Shown: positions 1 through 21,237 of the stretch, piece by piece
Layout: each line of letters starts with the position of its first letter
How positions within the stretch are numbered: position 1 is the first letter of the stretch
Source: Macrostomum lignano
Taxonomy: Eukaryota
Assembly: GCA_002269645.1 (NCBI GenBank)
Contig: NIVC01004756.1
Coordinates: 1-35,865 of the forward strand
Direction: 5' to 3'
DNA: 35,865 bases
Position numbers and translations under genes: made by a program
Notes under the pieces: model-generated
Told to the model about the DNA's origin: nothing
Databases searched by the model: none
Seen by the model: the letters and a program-made list of their open reading frames with translations, nothing else

Positions 1-920
1 TCAATTGGGATAGTTAGAGATTGGGAAAATTAGGGACTGGGATATCTTATGGATTGGGATATTTATGGATTGGGATATTTATGGATTGGATATTAAGGAA
101 TTAGGATATTATAGATTGGACATTAAGGATTGGGATATTTATACATTGGGACATTAAGGGATGGGATAATTAGGGACTTGGGATATTATGAATTGGGATA
201 TTTATCAATTGGATAGTAGAGATTGGGAAAATTAGGGACTGGGATATCTATGCGATTGATATTTATGGATTGGGATATTTATGGATTTGGATATTTAAGG
301 AATTAGGATATTATAGATTGGGACATTAAGGGATTGGATATTTATACATTGGGACATTAAGGGATTGGGATAATTTAGGGACTTGGGATATTTATGAATT
401 GGGATATTTATCAATTGGATAGTTAGAGATTGGGAAAATTAGGGACTGGGATATCTATGGATTGGGATATTTATGGATTGGGATGTCAAGGGATTAGGAT
501 ATTTATAGATTGGGATATTAAGGATTAGGATATTTATAGATTGGGACATTAAGGCATTGGGATATTTATGGATTGGATATTTAGGGACTGGGATATTTAT
601 AGATTGGGACATACAGGGATTGGGATATTTATGGAGTAGGATATTTATAGATTGGGACCTTAAGGGATTGGATAATTTGGGGTATTTAGGTATTAGGATA
701 CTTAAGGACAAAGGATATTTATGGATTGGATAATTTGGGGTATTTTAGGTATTAGGATACTTAAGGACAAAGGATATTTATGGATTGGGATAATTTGGGG
801 ATACTTAGATATTAGGATACTTAAGGACAAAGGATATTTATGGATTGGGATAATTTGGGGGTATTTAGGTATTAGGATACTTAAGGACAAAGGATATTTA
901 TGGATTGGGATAATTAGGGA
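1..920. repeat. Intronic minisatellite (GGGATATTTATGGATT-type core) with ~205-bp higher-order units followed by 60-bp units
   Basis: TCAATTGG(G)ATAG(T)TAGAGATTGGGAAAATTAGGGACTGGGATATC recurs at ~1, ~205 and ~411; a 60-bp period runs over ~660-920. Lies in the intron after the last visible EDEM3 exon. Confidence 0.9.
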
Positions 921-1036
921 CTAGAAGATTCGGGGAAGAGATTTATTTCAGAAATGGGCAACATCTGAGGCCACCAGACTACATGTAATCCCCCCACCCT
1001 AAAATATCCCCTTTGAAAGATCTCCTTCCCGCTCAC

Positions 1037-4000
1037 TTAAATGTCTCAGCCAGCACGAAGCTGTCCAGCTGATCAGATTTCTCCATAGTCCGCACGTCGG
1101 AGATGGCGGCGTAGCCGCACTCAGTCCTCGAGTACTTCTCCAAGTATCAATAACCCGCTTGCCCACCTCCAGGTAATGCGGATCGCGCGTGGCTTTGTAT
1201 AGAAAGTACGTGGACTCGATGAACTCAGGCCGGAGAGGGTGATGAGCCCAGTGAACGTGAAAGTCGGGCGTGAACGCTTCCGGGACGGGATGAAGTTGTA
1301 GCGCTGGACCACCTGGACCAAAGGTATCCATTCAATATATGCTGTTTTATTATCTCTGCATTTTTAGCAATAGTTTCAAAAGTATCAATTACTGAAAAGT
1401 TGTAAGCTCGGTTCATTTTAAGTAACAGAAAAAATGCTTTTGTGCCCCAAGCCCCTGCGGGGCGCGATCGGGTTAGTGTGTATTAGAAGTGTTAGATGTG
1501 TTGCAAGTGTTGGAAGTATTGGGTACCATACAAAATTGCCAGCAAACCAAAAGCGAACGAAGAGGGCGAAATTTTAGACACAATGGTAGCATTAATGCTA
1601 TTAAGGATAAATTTGACATTTTGACCGAAATAAAGCGAGTTGAGCGTAGTTGCTTCTGACAGATGGTTTGCTGGCAATTTTGTATGGTATAATACTACTA
1701 CTGACGTGACACCGGATTTAGCTAGTCCCGGATATCTAGTCCCGGATTCTGTAGTCTTGAATATCTAGTCCGACACAGTCCCGAATCCAAACCTGATAGA
1801 GAATCTCGTGCAGTTCCACGGCGGGTTTCAAGTCGCCAGTCATAACCTGAAGCCCCGGCCCAAAATGCCGCAATGCGTCATGAAGTTTCTGGTCCGAGTC
1901 AGAGGCTGGTGCATCAGGACGTCGGATAGCAGAGGCGCGTCGGCACAGTTGCAGGTAGTTTTGCACCGCCTCGTAGTGCTTGGAGAATCGGTGCAGGTAC
2001 ACCTGAGGTGGACAATTAGCGATTGGCTGAGTTATTTGCACTCACTTTGATTGGCTGAGCCCCTCATTCCTGATTGGCTGAGCCCTCAATCCTGATTGGC
2101 TGAGCCCTCACTCCTGACTGGCTGAGCTCTCACACCTGATTTGCTGAGCCCTCACTCTTTGATTGGCTGGCCTTCAATTCTAATTGGCTGAGCCTAAATA
2201 AAATTGTCTTTTTTTAAATTATGTTAGTTTTTTAGAATTAGGATTTCATATTTTATGAGGAAATGTAGGTTGGAGGTTGCTACGCTCGTAATTGGGTTTA
2301 TTTTGTTTTTGTGGGGTTTTTTTCGTTTTATTTTAATACAAATGTTTTTTTTTTTTGTTTTTTTCCTTCAATTCTGATTGGCTGAGCCTTCAATTCTGAT
2401 TGGCTGAGCTTCAATTCTGATTGGCTGAGCCTTCAATTCTGATTGGCTGAGCTCTTACTCCTAACTGCTGAGCTCTAACTCCTGATTGGCTCAGCTCTCA
2501 CACCTGATTTGCTGAACCCTTACTCCTGATTGGCTGAGCCTTCAATTCTGATTGGCTGAGCTCTCACTCCTAATTGGCTGAGCCTTCAATTCTGATTCAC
2601 AGCAACCAGAACAAAGACAGCCCACTCACCTCCTCCCCTAGCAGCACGTAGGCCTTGAACAGGTACTCATAGTAGGAGTCGATGCCAGCCCCGATTCCGC
2701 TCTCCTTCCGGCACCCAGTCTCCGTTGTGAATGTTAATAACGGTGCCAACCAGGTTGGAGTGCAGATTTCGCTGGCTCCACAGAGCGTCCAAAGCGCGTC
2801 TGGCGCGGAGTTCGAACTCGGATTACCAGAGAAGCGAGACAGAGCGGCAAATTCCAATAGCATGCTGCCTGCGCAAGCTGTACATGTGTCCTGGTGCTGG
2901 TTTCTGGCGAACCTGCCATTCATTGGATTATTTATACAGTGCACTGCTCATCACGGGGTCTAGTGTATATGGTATCTTATAGGGAGGTCAATTGACCTCT
3001 CTTTAGTCAGATGCTACCGCTACTCTGATACGACATCTAATAGGTCAGCTGACCACCTTACTAATATACGACATCTAATAGGGAGGTCAGCTGACCCTCT
3101 TTTATAAGATACGATATATCTAATAGGGAGGTCAACTGACCCCTCTTTTATAAGATATGATTTATCTAATAGGGAGGTCAACTGACCCTCTTTTATAAGA
3201 TACGATATATCTAATAGGGAGGTCAGCTGACCCCTCTTTTATAAGATACGATATATCTAATAGGGAGGTCAACTGACCCCTCTTTTATAAGATATGATTT
3301 ATCTAATAGGGAGGTCAACTGACCCTCTTTTATAAGATACGATATATCTAATAGGGAGGTCAGCTGACCCCTCTTTATAAGATATGATATATCTAATAGG
3401 GAGGTCAACTGACCCTCTTTTATAAGATACGATATATCTAATAGGGAGGTCAGCTGACCCCTCTTTAATAAGATGCGATTTCTAATAGGAGGTCAGCTGA
3501 CCCGTCTTAATAAGATACGACACCTAATACGGAGTCAACTGGCCCCTCTTAATAAGATACGGTATATCTAATAGGGAGGTCAGCTAACCCTCTTAATAAG
3601 ATACGATATATCTAATAGGGAGGTCAACCGACCCCTCTTTAATAAGATGCGATATCTAATAGGGAGGTCAGCTGACCCGTCTTAATAAGATACGACACCT
3701 AATGGGGAGGGGTCAGCTGAGCACTCTCACATTTGACAATGACAATCTCTTTGATCTCTTTGACCCGTCCAAAAGCCGCGACACTAACCACCCCCCCACC
3801 CGACCCCTCACCTGTCGGGCACGCCGTGCCGCAGGTTCACCCTAGGATAGGGAATGCCAGTGCTGGTGTTGAATGCCGGCAGAAGCCGGTTGCCCAGATC
3901 CACAGCCATGGACAGCAGCTGGTCGCTGTACCAGGACATCGGCCGAACCGATGCTTCAGCACCAGCGAGCCCACGTGACGCCAAGCAGGCCGCCAACAAC

Positions 4001-4382
4001 CCGGATGTTGGCCTCGAACACGGACACGACCACGTCAGTGTTGAATCGGACATTGTCGACAACCAGTCGGACAGCGTACTCAAACTGCTCAGGCTCGTTG
4101 AGCAGCAGCAAGAGTATCCAAGCTGTCAATCAGCGTCAGAGAATAGTTGCCAAGGCAGTCGTCGATGTCGCCTCTGGACGGTTCAGAGCCGCGGTAGCGG
4201 CCTCGGCAGCTGACGGGCATGAGCTCGTCCGCCGGGTAGGCGTGAGTCATGTAGTTGTCGTAGGCGTGCTGAAACATGGACTTGGCCTTGTCTCTGAGCC
4301 GCAGCCGCTCCGAGTCCTGCATGGCCCTGCTGAAGCAGACTAGGCACAATAAAAGCAGCAGAACCAAATGGGAATCTTGCAT
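1037..4382 (-). CDS. EDEM3: ER degradation-enhancing alpha-mannosidase-like protein 3 (GH47), 3'-incomplete, with multiple apparent frameshifts
   Basis: Exons 4382-3812, 2912-2630, 2002-1793 and 1312-1037, all GT-AG. Signal peptide [20 protein letters not shown]. Motifs: [131 protein letters not shown]. The RG.EPSRGD.DD segment and these motifs match EDEM3 as I recall it. The frame must be shifted about 10 times. The donor at 1036 is open, so the gene continues beyond the window. Confidence 0.9.
2019..2597. repeat. 21-22-bp minisatellite (CTGATTGGCTGAGCCTTCAATT) in EDEM3 intron 2, in two blocks
   Basis: CTGATTGGCTGAGC repeats at ~2019-2180 and ~2370-2597, separated by a T-rich spacer. Confidence 0.85.
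2975..3720. repeat. 45-46-bp palindrome-rich minisatellite in EDEM3 intron 1
   Basis: Unit TAATAGGGAGGTCAGCTGACCCCTCTTT(T)ATAAGATACGATATATC; unit starts at 3121, 3167, 3212 and so on; ~16 copies. Confidence 0.9.
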
Positions 4383-4529
4383 TTTGTGTGTGGCAAGCGA
4401 ATCTTCTCGGTCAAGAAAAGGCTATCTTCTGCTGCTGCTGCTGGCTCTGCTTCTGCCGTTATTGCTGTAGACTCTGCTGTCGCCCAGTCTTGATGACGTC
4501 ATGAACAGCTGCGGAGATGTCAGGGTGGT

Positions 4530-5188
4530 GGATCTACCTGAGACTTTTGCAGTGCAGGAATGAAGAGTGGCGGATCTACCTGAGACTTTTGCAGTGCAGG
4601 AATGAAGAGTGGCGGATCTACCTGAGACTTTTGCAGTGCAGGGAATGAAGAGTGGTGGATCTACCTGAGATTTTTGCAGTGCGGGGAATGAAGAGTGGTG
4701 GATCTACCTGAGATTTTTGCAGTGCAGGGAATGAAGAGTGGCGGATCTACCTGAGATTTTTGCAGTGCAGGGAATGAAGAGTGGTGGATCTACCTGAGAT
4801 TTTTGCAGTGCAGGGAATGAAGAGTGGCGGATCTACCTGAGATTTTTGCAGTGCAGGGAATGAAGAGTGGTGGATCTACCTGAGATTTTTGCAGTGCAGG
4901 GAATGAAGGGTGGCGGATCTACCTGAGACTTTTGCAGTGCAGGGAATGAAGGGTGGCGGATCTACCTGAGACTTTTGCAGTGCAGGGAATGAAGGGTGGC
5001 GGATCTACCTGAGACTTTTGCAGTGCAGGGAATGAAGGGTGGCGGATCTACCTGAGACTTTTGCAGTGCAGGGAATGAAGGGTGGCGGATCTACCTGAGA
5101 CTTTTGCAGTGCAGGGAATGAAGGGTGGCGGATCTACCTGAGACTTTTGCAGTGCAGGGAATGAAGGGTGACGGATCTACCTGAGACA
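4530..5188. repeat. 42-43-bp minisatellite upstream of EDEM3
   Basis: Unit GGATCTACCTGAGACTTTTGCAGTGCAGGGAATGAAG(A/G)GTGG(C/T); GGATCTACCTGAGA occurs 16 times. Confidence 0.95.
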
Positions 5189-5209
5189 TTAGATGAATGG
5201 AATAAGAAA

Positions 5210-5800
5210 GTAGGGAAGGGTGTAGGAAAAGTCTAGGGAAGGGTGTAGGAAAAGGGTGCAGGGAAGGGTGTAGGGTAGGGTGTAGGGAAGGGTGCAGGGA
5301 AGGGTGCAGTGAAGGGTGTAGGGAAGGGTGCAGAGAAGGGTATAGGGAAGGGTGTAGGGAAGGGTGTAGGGAAGGGTGTAGGGAAGGGTGTAGGGAAGGG
5401 TGTAGGGAAGGGTGTAGGGAAGGGTGTAGGGAAGGGTGTAGGGAAGGGTGTAGGAAGGGTGCAGGGAAGGGTGCAGGGAAGGGTGTAGGGAAGGGTGTAG
5501 GGAAGGGTGCAGGGAAGGGTGTAGGGAAGGGTGTAGGGAAGGGTGCAGGGAAGGGTGTAGGGAAGGGTGCAGGGAAGGGTGCAGGGAAGGGTGCAGGGAA
5601 GGGTGTAGGGAAGGGTGTAGGGAAGGGTGTAGGGAAGGGTGTAGGGAAGGGTGTAGGGAAGGGTGTAGGAAGGGTGTAGGGAAGGGTACAGGGAAGGGTG
5701 TAGGGAAGGGTGTAGGGAAGGGTGTAGGGAAGGGTGTAGGGAAGGGTGCAGGGAAGGTGTAGGGAAGGGTGCAGGGAAGGGTGTAGGGAAGGGTGTAGAT
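5210..5800. repeat. 12-bp G-rich minisatellite (AGGGAAGGGTGT)n
   Basis: About 48 copies, with TGT/TGC variants. Confidence 0.95.
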
Positions 5801-6814
5801 AAGGTACAAGCTAATGTTGAAGGCAACAAACCTAATCTAATTAATTAGAAAGGAAACAAAGCAGAAAATGGAGCTCATCATCAGTTTAAATAAAAATCAC
5901 AAATATGACAGTGAGACGGCTTTAGAGACAACCCAATCGAAAATTGCGTACAGAGGACAACATAACAAACTGCAGAGGGAGGGACAGAGACAAAGAAAAC
6001 GCGCAAAAAAAGAAACAATTTGAAAGAAAATCGAACTGAAGCAAACAACTCAATGCATCACGGAAGTGTTTTAATTTATGACCGCGTGATACTGAAGTAT
6101 AAATATGCTCCCCAATTGTAATTTGTGTACAATTCAAACAAAGCATCCTTATATAAAGATTGAAAACAAATCAATAAGAATTAAATATTTGTCTTATTAT
6201 GCTATATCAGCATATACACAAAGCTCTCTATAACAGTTAAAAAAGTACATGACGTACTGAACTGTGCACCAAACACCAAAGAAATGAAAAATTACTGGTG
6301 TGTGCGCGATTGTCTGCTGAGATCGACTGGTGAAAACTCTGATTGATCGCCTAATCAATGAAAGATTCCATAAACCAATAAGCGGAGGTAGTGTAGGAAA
6401 ATTTGAGAGACAATTATTCAGTTTCTGTTCTACTGAGTGAATGCTTACACCTAGGCAGATACGGAACAGCGTCAACACGAATTAAATAAATAAACTACAT
6501 ATAAAAAACAAAACATTTATCAGCAAAAAAGAAAGCCAAAATCCCACAAGAAAAAAATAACGCTAATGTTTGCTCTCAACTGCAGACGGATTCAGGTACA
6601 GTAATTAAATAATTAAGCAGCAGTTGAGATTATAAATCCAAAAAACAAAAAACGCAAAAGTCTGAGATAGGCAATAAGATGTTTGAAATAGATACTTTAA
6701 AAAATATGATTTATTTAATATCCTTAACTTTATCGCAGAAATAATTATCTGCTGTCGTTAATCAAACAGATAGCGCCTTATTAATGCTGAATGAAGTATG
6801 CACAAGTTGTGTAC

Positions 6815-7520
6815 ATTGGGGTGGGAGTTGGGGAGGGCGTGTGTACAGTGGGGTAAGGGATTGGGGAAGGGCGTGTGTACATTGGGGTAAAGGGATTGGG
6901 GAAGGGCGTGTGTACATTGGGGTAAGGGATTGGGGAAGGGCGTGTGTACATTGGGGTAAAGGGATTGGGGAAGGGCGTGTGTACATTGGGGTAAGGGATT
7001 GGGGAAGGGCGTGTGTACATTGGGATAAGAGATTCAGGAGGGACGTGTGTACATTGGGGTAAGGGATTGGGGAGGAGCGTGTGTACATTGGGGTAAGGGA
7101 TTGGGGAGGAGCGTGTGTACATTGGGGTAAAAGATTGGGGAGGGGCGTGTGTACATTGGGGTAAAGGATTGGGGAAGGGCGTGTGTACATTGGGGTAAGA
7201 GATTCGGGAGGGACGTGTGTACAGTGGGGTAAGAGATTGGGGAAGGGCGTGTGTACATTGGGGTAAAAGATTGGGGAGGGGCGTGTGTACATTGGGGTAA
7301 GAGATTCGGGAGGGACGTGTGTACATTGGGGTAAGGGACTGGGGAGGAGCGTGTGTACATTGGGGTAAAAGATTGGGGAGGGGCGTGTGTACATTGGGGT
7401 AAGGGATTGGGGAAGGGCGTGTGTACATTGGGGTAAGGGATTGGGGAGGGGCGTGTGTACATTGGGGTAAAGGATTGGGGAGGGGCGTGTGTGCATTGGG
7501 GTAAGGGATTGGAGAAGGGT
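6815..7520. repeat. 34-bp G-rich minisatellite (GTGTGTACATTGGGGTAAGGGATTGGGGAAGGGC)
   Basis: About 20 tandem copies with minor variants. Confidence 0.95.
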
Positions 7521-8590
7521 AACAGGGAACGAATGGACCCGTATTCAGACGAATGCATGCACAATATCAATCAGGACTGTACATTTGATAGATAAACATC
7601 TAAAGTACACCAAACACAGCTGAACTAATCAAAGCAGTTTTAAAAAACCTTTGAACCACACATATGATTGATAAATCGAAGAGGCAAAGAATGATATATC
7701 GGTGATACTACTTTCAAAGTTTGTGCTGTAGAGGATCGAAAAATTTCCTACAGAACAAGCTGCACAAACGATATGACTGGTAATTAATAAATATATAGAG
7801 ATTCCTGCACAAATCTGCGTGCGCGAACAGTGTATTGTATAAATACAGACCAATAGAATTGTGAGCACAGCCTATTGTAGAAATTTGAATTTCAAAGTAA
7901 ACACAAAATGATTAACAAAGTAATTTGATTACATCAATCTCTGTGCCCTCACATCACAATGACAATATCTGTATGAAGTGAAAATATGACAGAAATATAC
8001 GAGGATTGTCCCAGCGAATAACAGGAGGTCCAGTGAAAGAGCTGAAGACTCCGTCTTAACTTTGTTTTTCTAAATTTTGTTGCTCTGTTTAAGCAATACA
8101 GCCCCTGTCCTCCTGCGATTTGCCTGACAACCCTCGTACATATGACAATGCATGATAAGGGAAACCAGGTCAGGTCAAATGGAAACTTACTCATAAAACA
8201 CGGAAAGACACATCAGATTTGATTACGCAATTCTTGTTAAACTCTCAGAATCTCCATTAAGCGTTATTATTGCATCTTGCTTCCTTACTTTAATTTATCA
8301 AGCCAGCCCGTTGAAAACGTTGAAACGACCAGAATCTTAAAGAGTCATTGCAACCAACTCAATAGTGACTCTACAGTCCCAGATTCGTTTCAGAGTGGGA
8401 AGATAAGAAAGCACCTCAAACTGACTCTTAAACGACTTGTACCGCGACATTTCGTCGTTTTTAAAGTCGTCTTAAAGTCAATTCTTTCCTAGTCTACCTG
8501 TGTTACCTGTGACGACTCTGGGATGCTTCTTGGTCTACAGATACGGCTTTCATCGGGCAATAGGCCAAATTGACTTGGAAAAAAACCAGT

Positions 8591-18484
<9,894 letters not shown>

Positions 18485-18539
18485 GGAGACAATGAGTAGC
18501 CTTATGTAACTTAGGAGACACTAAAAATTGTTGTTGGGC

Positions 18540-19941
18540 GCAGCAGCATAGGATCATGAAATTGAAAACCAATTGTAAATATCAGTTCGATAAACCATAC
18601 TACTCCAATTAAAAGCTTAAATCATACTGTCAACTTGTCCTAACTAACTAGAAATTTTATTAAAGACTTATTTTTATACTTTTGCTTATGTCAAGAAGTT
18701 GATATCACTGACCACTAATAGATCATTTAGCACATAGAAGAAGCCATATAAATTTAGTCAAGAAATTAAAAGCATACTGAAAAACTAGTCTTTTTACTAC
18801 ATTATATATAAAAATGATTTTTAACTTTGCTGGCAAAACTTTTTATCAAAAAGATAGAGAAAAATGTATTATTCCATACTATAGAAATTAGTAGCCATTA
18901 TACTTATATCACCCTGTTTAAGGCACCATTGCTCTGTAGCAACGAGATTTTCTTAATTCAAATTGCATTCCTCTTTAAGCAGCTAGCCCAATTTTTTATT
19001 CATTTTGAGCAACATGTATAATGCATGTGTTAGTCTTGGCTTTTGTCTTAAAGCTTGGCATTAGCTTCTAAGTCTAGTCTAAATTTGCCATATATCAAAA
19101 CTAGAATTGATGCAAGCAACTAGGAACTAAGTTTTTTCCATTGTACTATCATTATATAGATCAAGTAGTTCAATTTTAGATAATCCTCTGAATAATGACC
19201 CCCCAACCTAGATACCCCAGTGCTATTATGACCAAAGCCAATATCATTATTATCCTGGCTCTAGTAGATAAAGATTCAAATATCACTAATAACAATGATT
19301 AGTGAGACTATTAGGATTTTTCATTATAATGTGCATACTATCCCATAAACCTATTCAACCACTGTATATCTAAATTCACTATTCACCAAGTGCTCTATTA
19401 TTAATAGAGGAGAAAAACATTCTTACATTATACCTAGGAATTCTAATATAGTAGTTCCTTAGTCTAGATAGTAGCCAAATGCTTTAGACAGTAATCATAT
19501 ATGACAAAAAAGTGGTTACTTCTATTTCAATGCCCTAAGACTTAGAACAAGGTTTTAAGTCTAAAGCCTAAGGCCTAGTAGCCATTGTCATAGTGCACTA
19601 TAGACAAAATATATAATAATAACTAATGTCCAACTTTTATTTTAGTTTAGTTTTGCATATCATTTTAAGATAGACCATAAAACTACAATCTAGACAGATT
19701 TTGCTATATCATAATCATTTGTTTGCAATATAACAACATTAACAACTAGTTTCCTTATTAGTATTTTAAGACACTATATTAAAATGGTTTATTATCCTAC
19801 TTACTATTTAGACTTGACTCCTTACCAATTCTAGGTATTCTAGAATCTTAGATCTAGAGACCTAGTCCTAGCTAGGTGTATTGATTCAAAGATAAAGGTT
19901 ATACCTATTCCATAGTCTAGATCATGCTAGGTGCACGCCTG
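18540..19941. mobile_element. CpG-depleted, CTAG-rich relic ending in a hAT-like terminal sequence (GTGCACGCCTG)
   Basis: Only 2 CpG in 18541-19930 and ~20 CTAG by hand count. The block ends at 19931-19941 in GTGCACGCCTG, the reverse complement of CAGGCGTGCAC. No partner TIR or TSD was found. Confidence 0.4.
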
Positions 19942-19964
19942 AACAAAAATTGAATAATTACAAA

Positions 19965-20267
19965 CATACATGCGCAACAGTCAGCCGAGTCGGCCGATCA
20001 GCCGACTGATTTGGCAGCCAACCAAGGAAGTCGCAAAAATGCGGCAATGCCCACCCAAAAATACCAAAGTAGTAGTACTAAGTAGCTGACGAGGCATTTT
20101 GACTCTGTAAGACAGTCATAGTTACTCCTGCCGTTTACCCAAAGTTGCGTTAATTTTGTGTTAGGGTTTTTTTACATGTAAGTCGCATTTTTGGCCAAAA
20201 ACTACATCGCATTTTTGTTAAAACTAAGTCGCATGGCCGACCGAATTTTGGAGGTTGCGCATGTATG
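19965..20267. mobile_element. Non-autonomous hAT-type DNA transposon (MITE), 303 bp
   Basis: Perfect 14-bp TIR CATACATGCGCAAC...GTTGCGCATGTATG and perfect 8-bp TSD ATTACAAA (19957-19964 and 20268-20275). An 8-bp TSD is typical of hAT elements. Confidence 0.88.
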
Positions 20268-20632
20268 ATTACAAATGCATGCTGGAAAAAATGTAGAGCA
20301 TGCCCATTCTCAAAAATATGCCAGTGTTGCAACAATAAATGACCTTTTTTATGTCATGACAATAAAATACTTTTTTTAATTATGTAATAGACCCTTATTA
20401 CCAGATACTTTGGTTGCTATTTATGCTTTTCGGCAACACTTTTTATAGCAGAAAATTTATACATGCAAAGATTTGTTTAAATGCCATTTTACAAGCTTGA
20501 AAAAACTGGAAAGCTTGAAATTTGCGCTTAAAAATGAACTTTTTCATCCTTTTTCTACTTCACAATAACTTTAACGCGTGATTCTATAAAGTGCATGCCA
20601 GGTGTGCACGCATATTATCTTCTCAGGAGTGA

Positions 20633-21237
20633 TGCATGCCAACTGTGCACCACAGCCAGGAAGACGGTAGAATCCTCGGAATTTTCCGGCGCAAATCAGC
20701 AATTTGCCGCGCACGGCGCACACTTCACTGCGCCGCGCACATGGGCTCGGCGCATCGGCGCATGGCTCGGTGCATCGGTGCTTGGCTCGGCGCATGGCGC
20801 ACAAGTACGTCAGTGTACGTGACAATATAATAATGAATAATAAAAAAACGTATATTAAATGTCAATCAATCAATAAAATAAACGATAGTTGATACGATAG
20901 TCGTTATTTCCAATGTTGTTTCTATTTCAAATTTCATTAATCGACTTAACAAACTTAACAAATTTGCGCCTTTCGCGGCTTTTGTTGCGTCTTTTTGCTT
21001 ATATTTTGCAAATAGAAGCCATGATTGAACTGCTTGAACTTCCATTGATATTGATTCAATTTAGATACTTAATACTTGATGGTGCTTTTTCAAGTGTATT
21101 TTTCTCGGCGCATGGCGCACAAGTAATTTTTTTTCTCGGCGCACGCGGCGCACAACAAAAATTTTGATGGATGTTATTCCGGCGCACACGCTGCACCTTC
21201 CTGACCATGGACTGTGCATGCCTAATTTTGGCATGCA
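20633..21237. mobile_element. Probable degenerate non-autonomous DNA transposon with CGGCGCA subterminal repeats
   Basis: 10-bp inverted ends TGCATGCCAA (20633-20642) and TTGGCATGCA (21228-21237). CGGCGCA/GGCGCAC clusters lie near both ends around an AT-rich core. No TSD found. Confidence 0.45.

Noticed and set aside
439-924. Repeat ORFs at the window start
   Set aside because: They are translations of an intronic minisatellite on both strands.
2975-5188. Regular 43-46-bp palindromic repeats as a CRISPR array
   Set aside because: Units are head-to-tail with no unique spacers, there are no cas genes, and the context is a eukaryotic intron or flank.
5189-7570. PTPF/HPSL/YTLP and MYTRPSP repeat ORFs
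   Set aside because: They arise from stop-free 12-bp and 34-bp minisatellites, are open in several frames and have no splice or start support.
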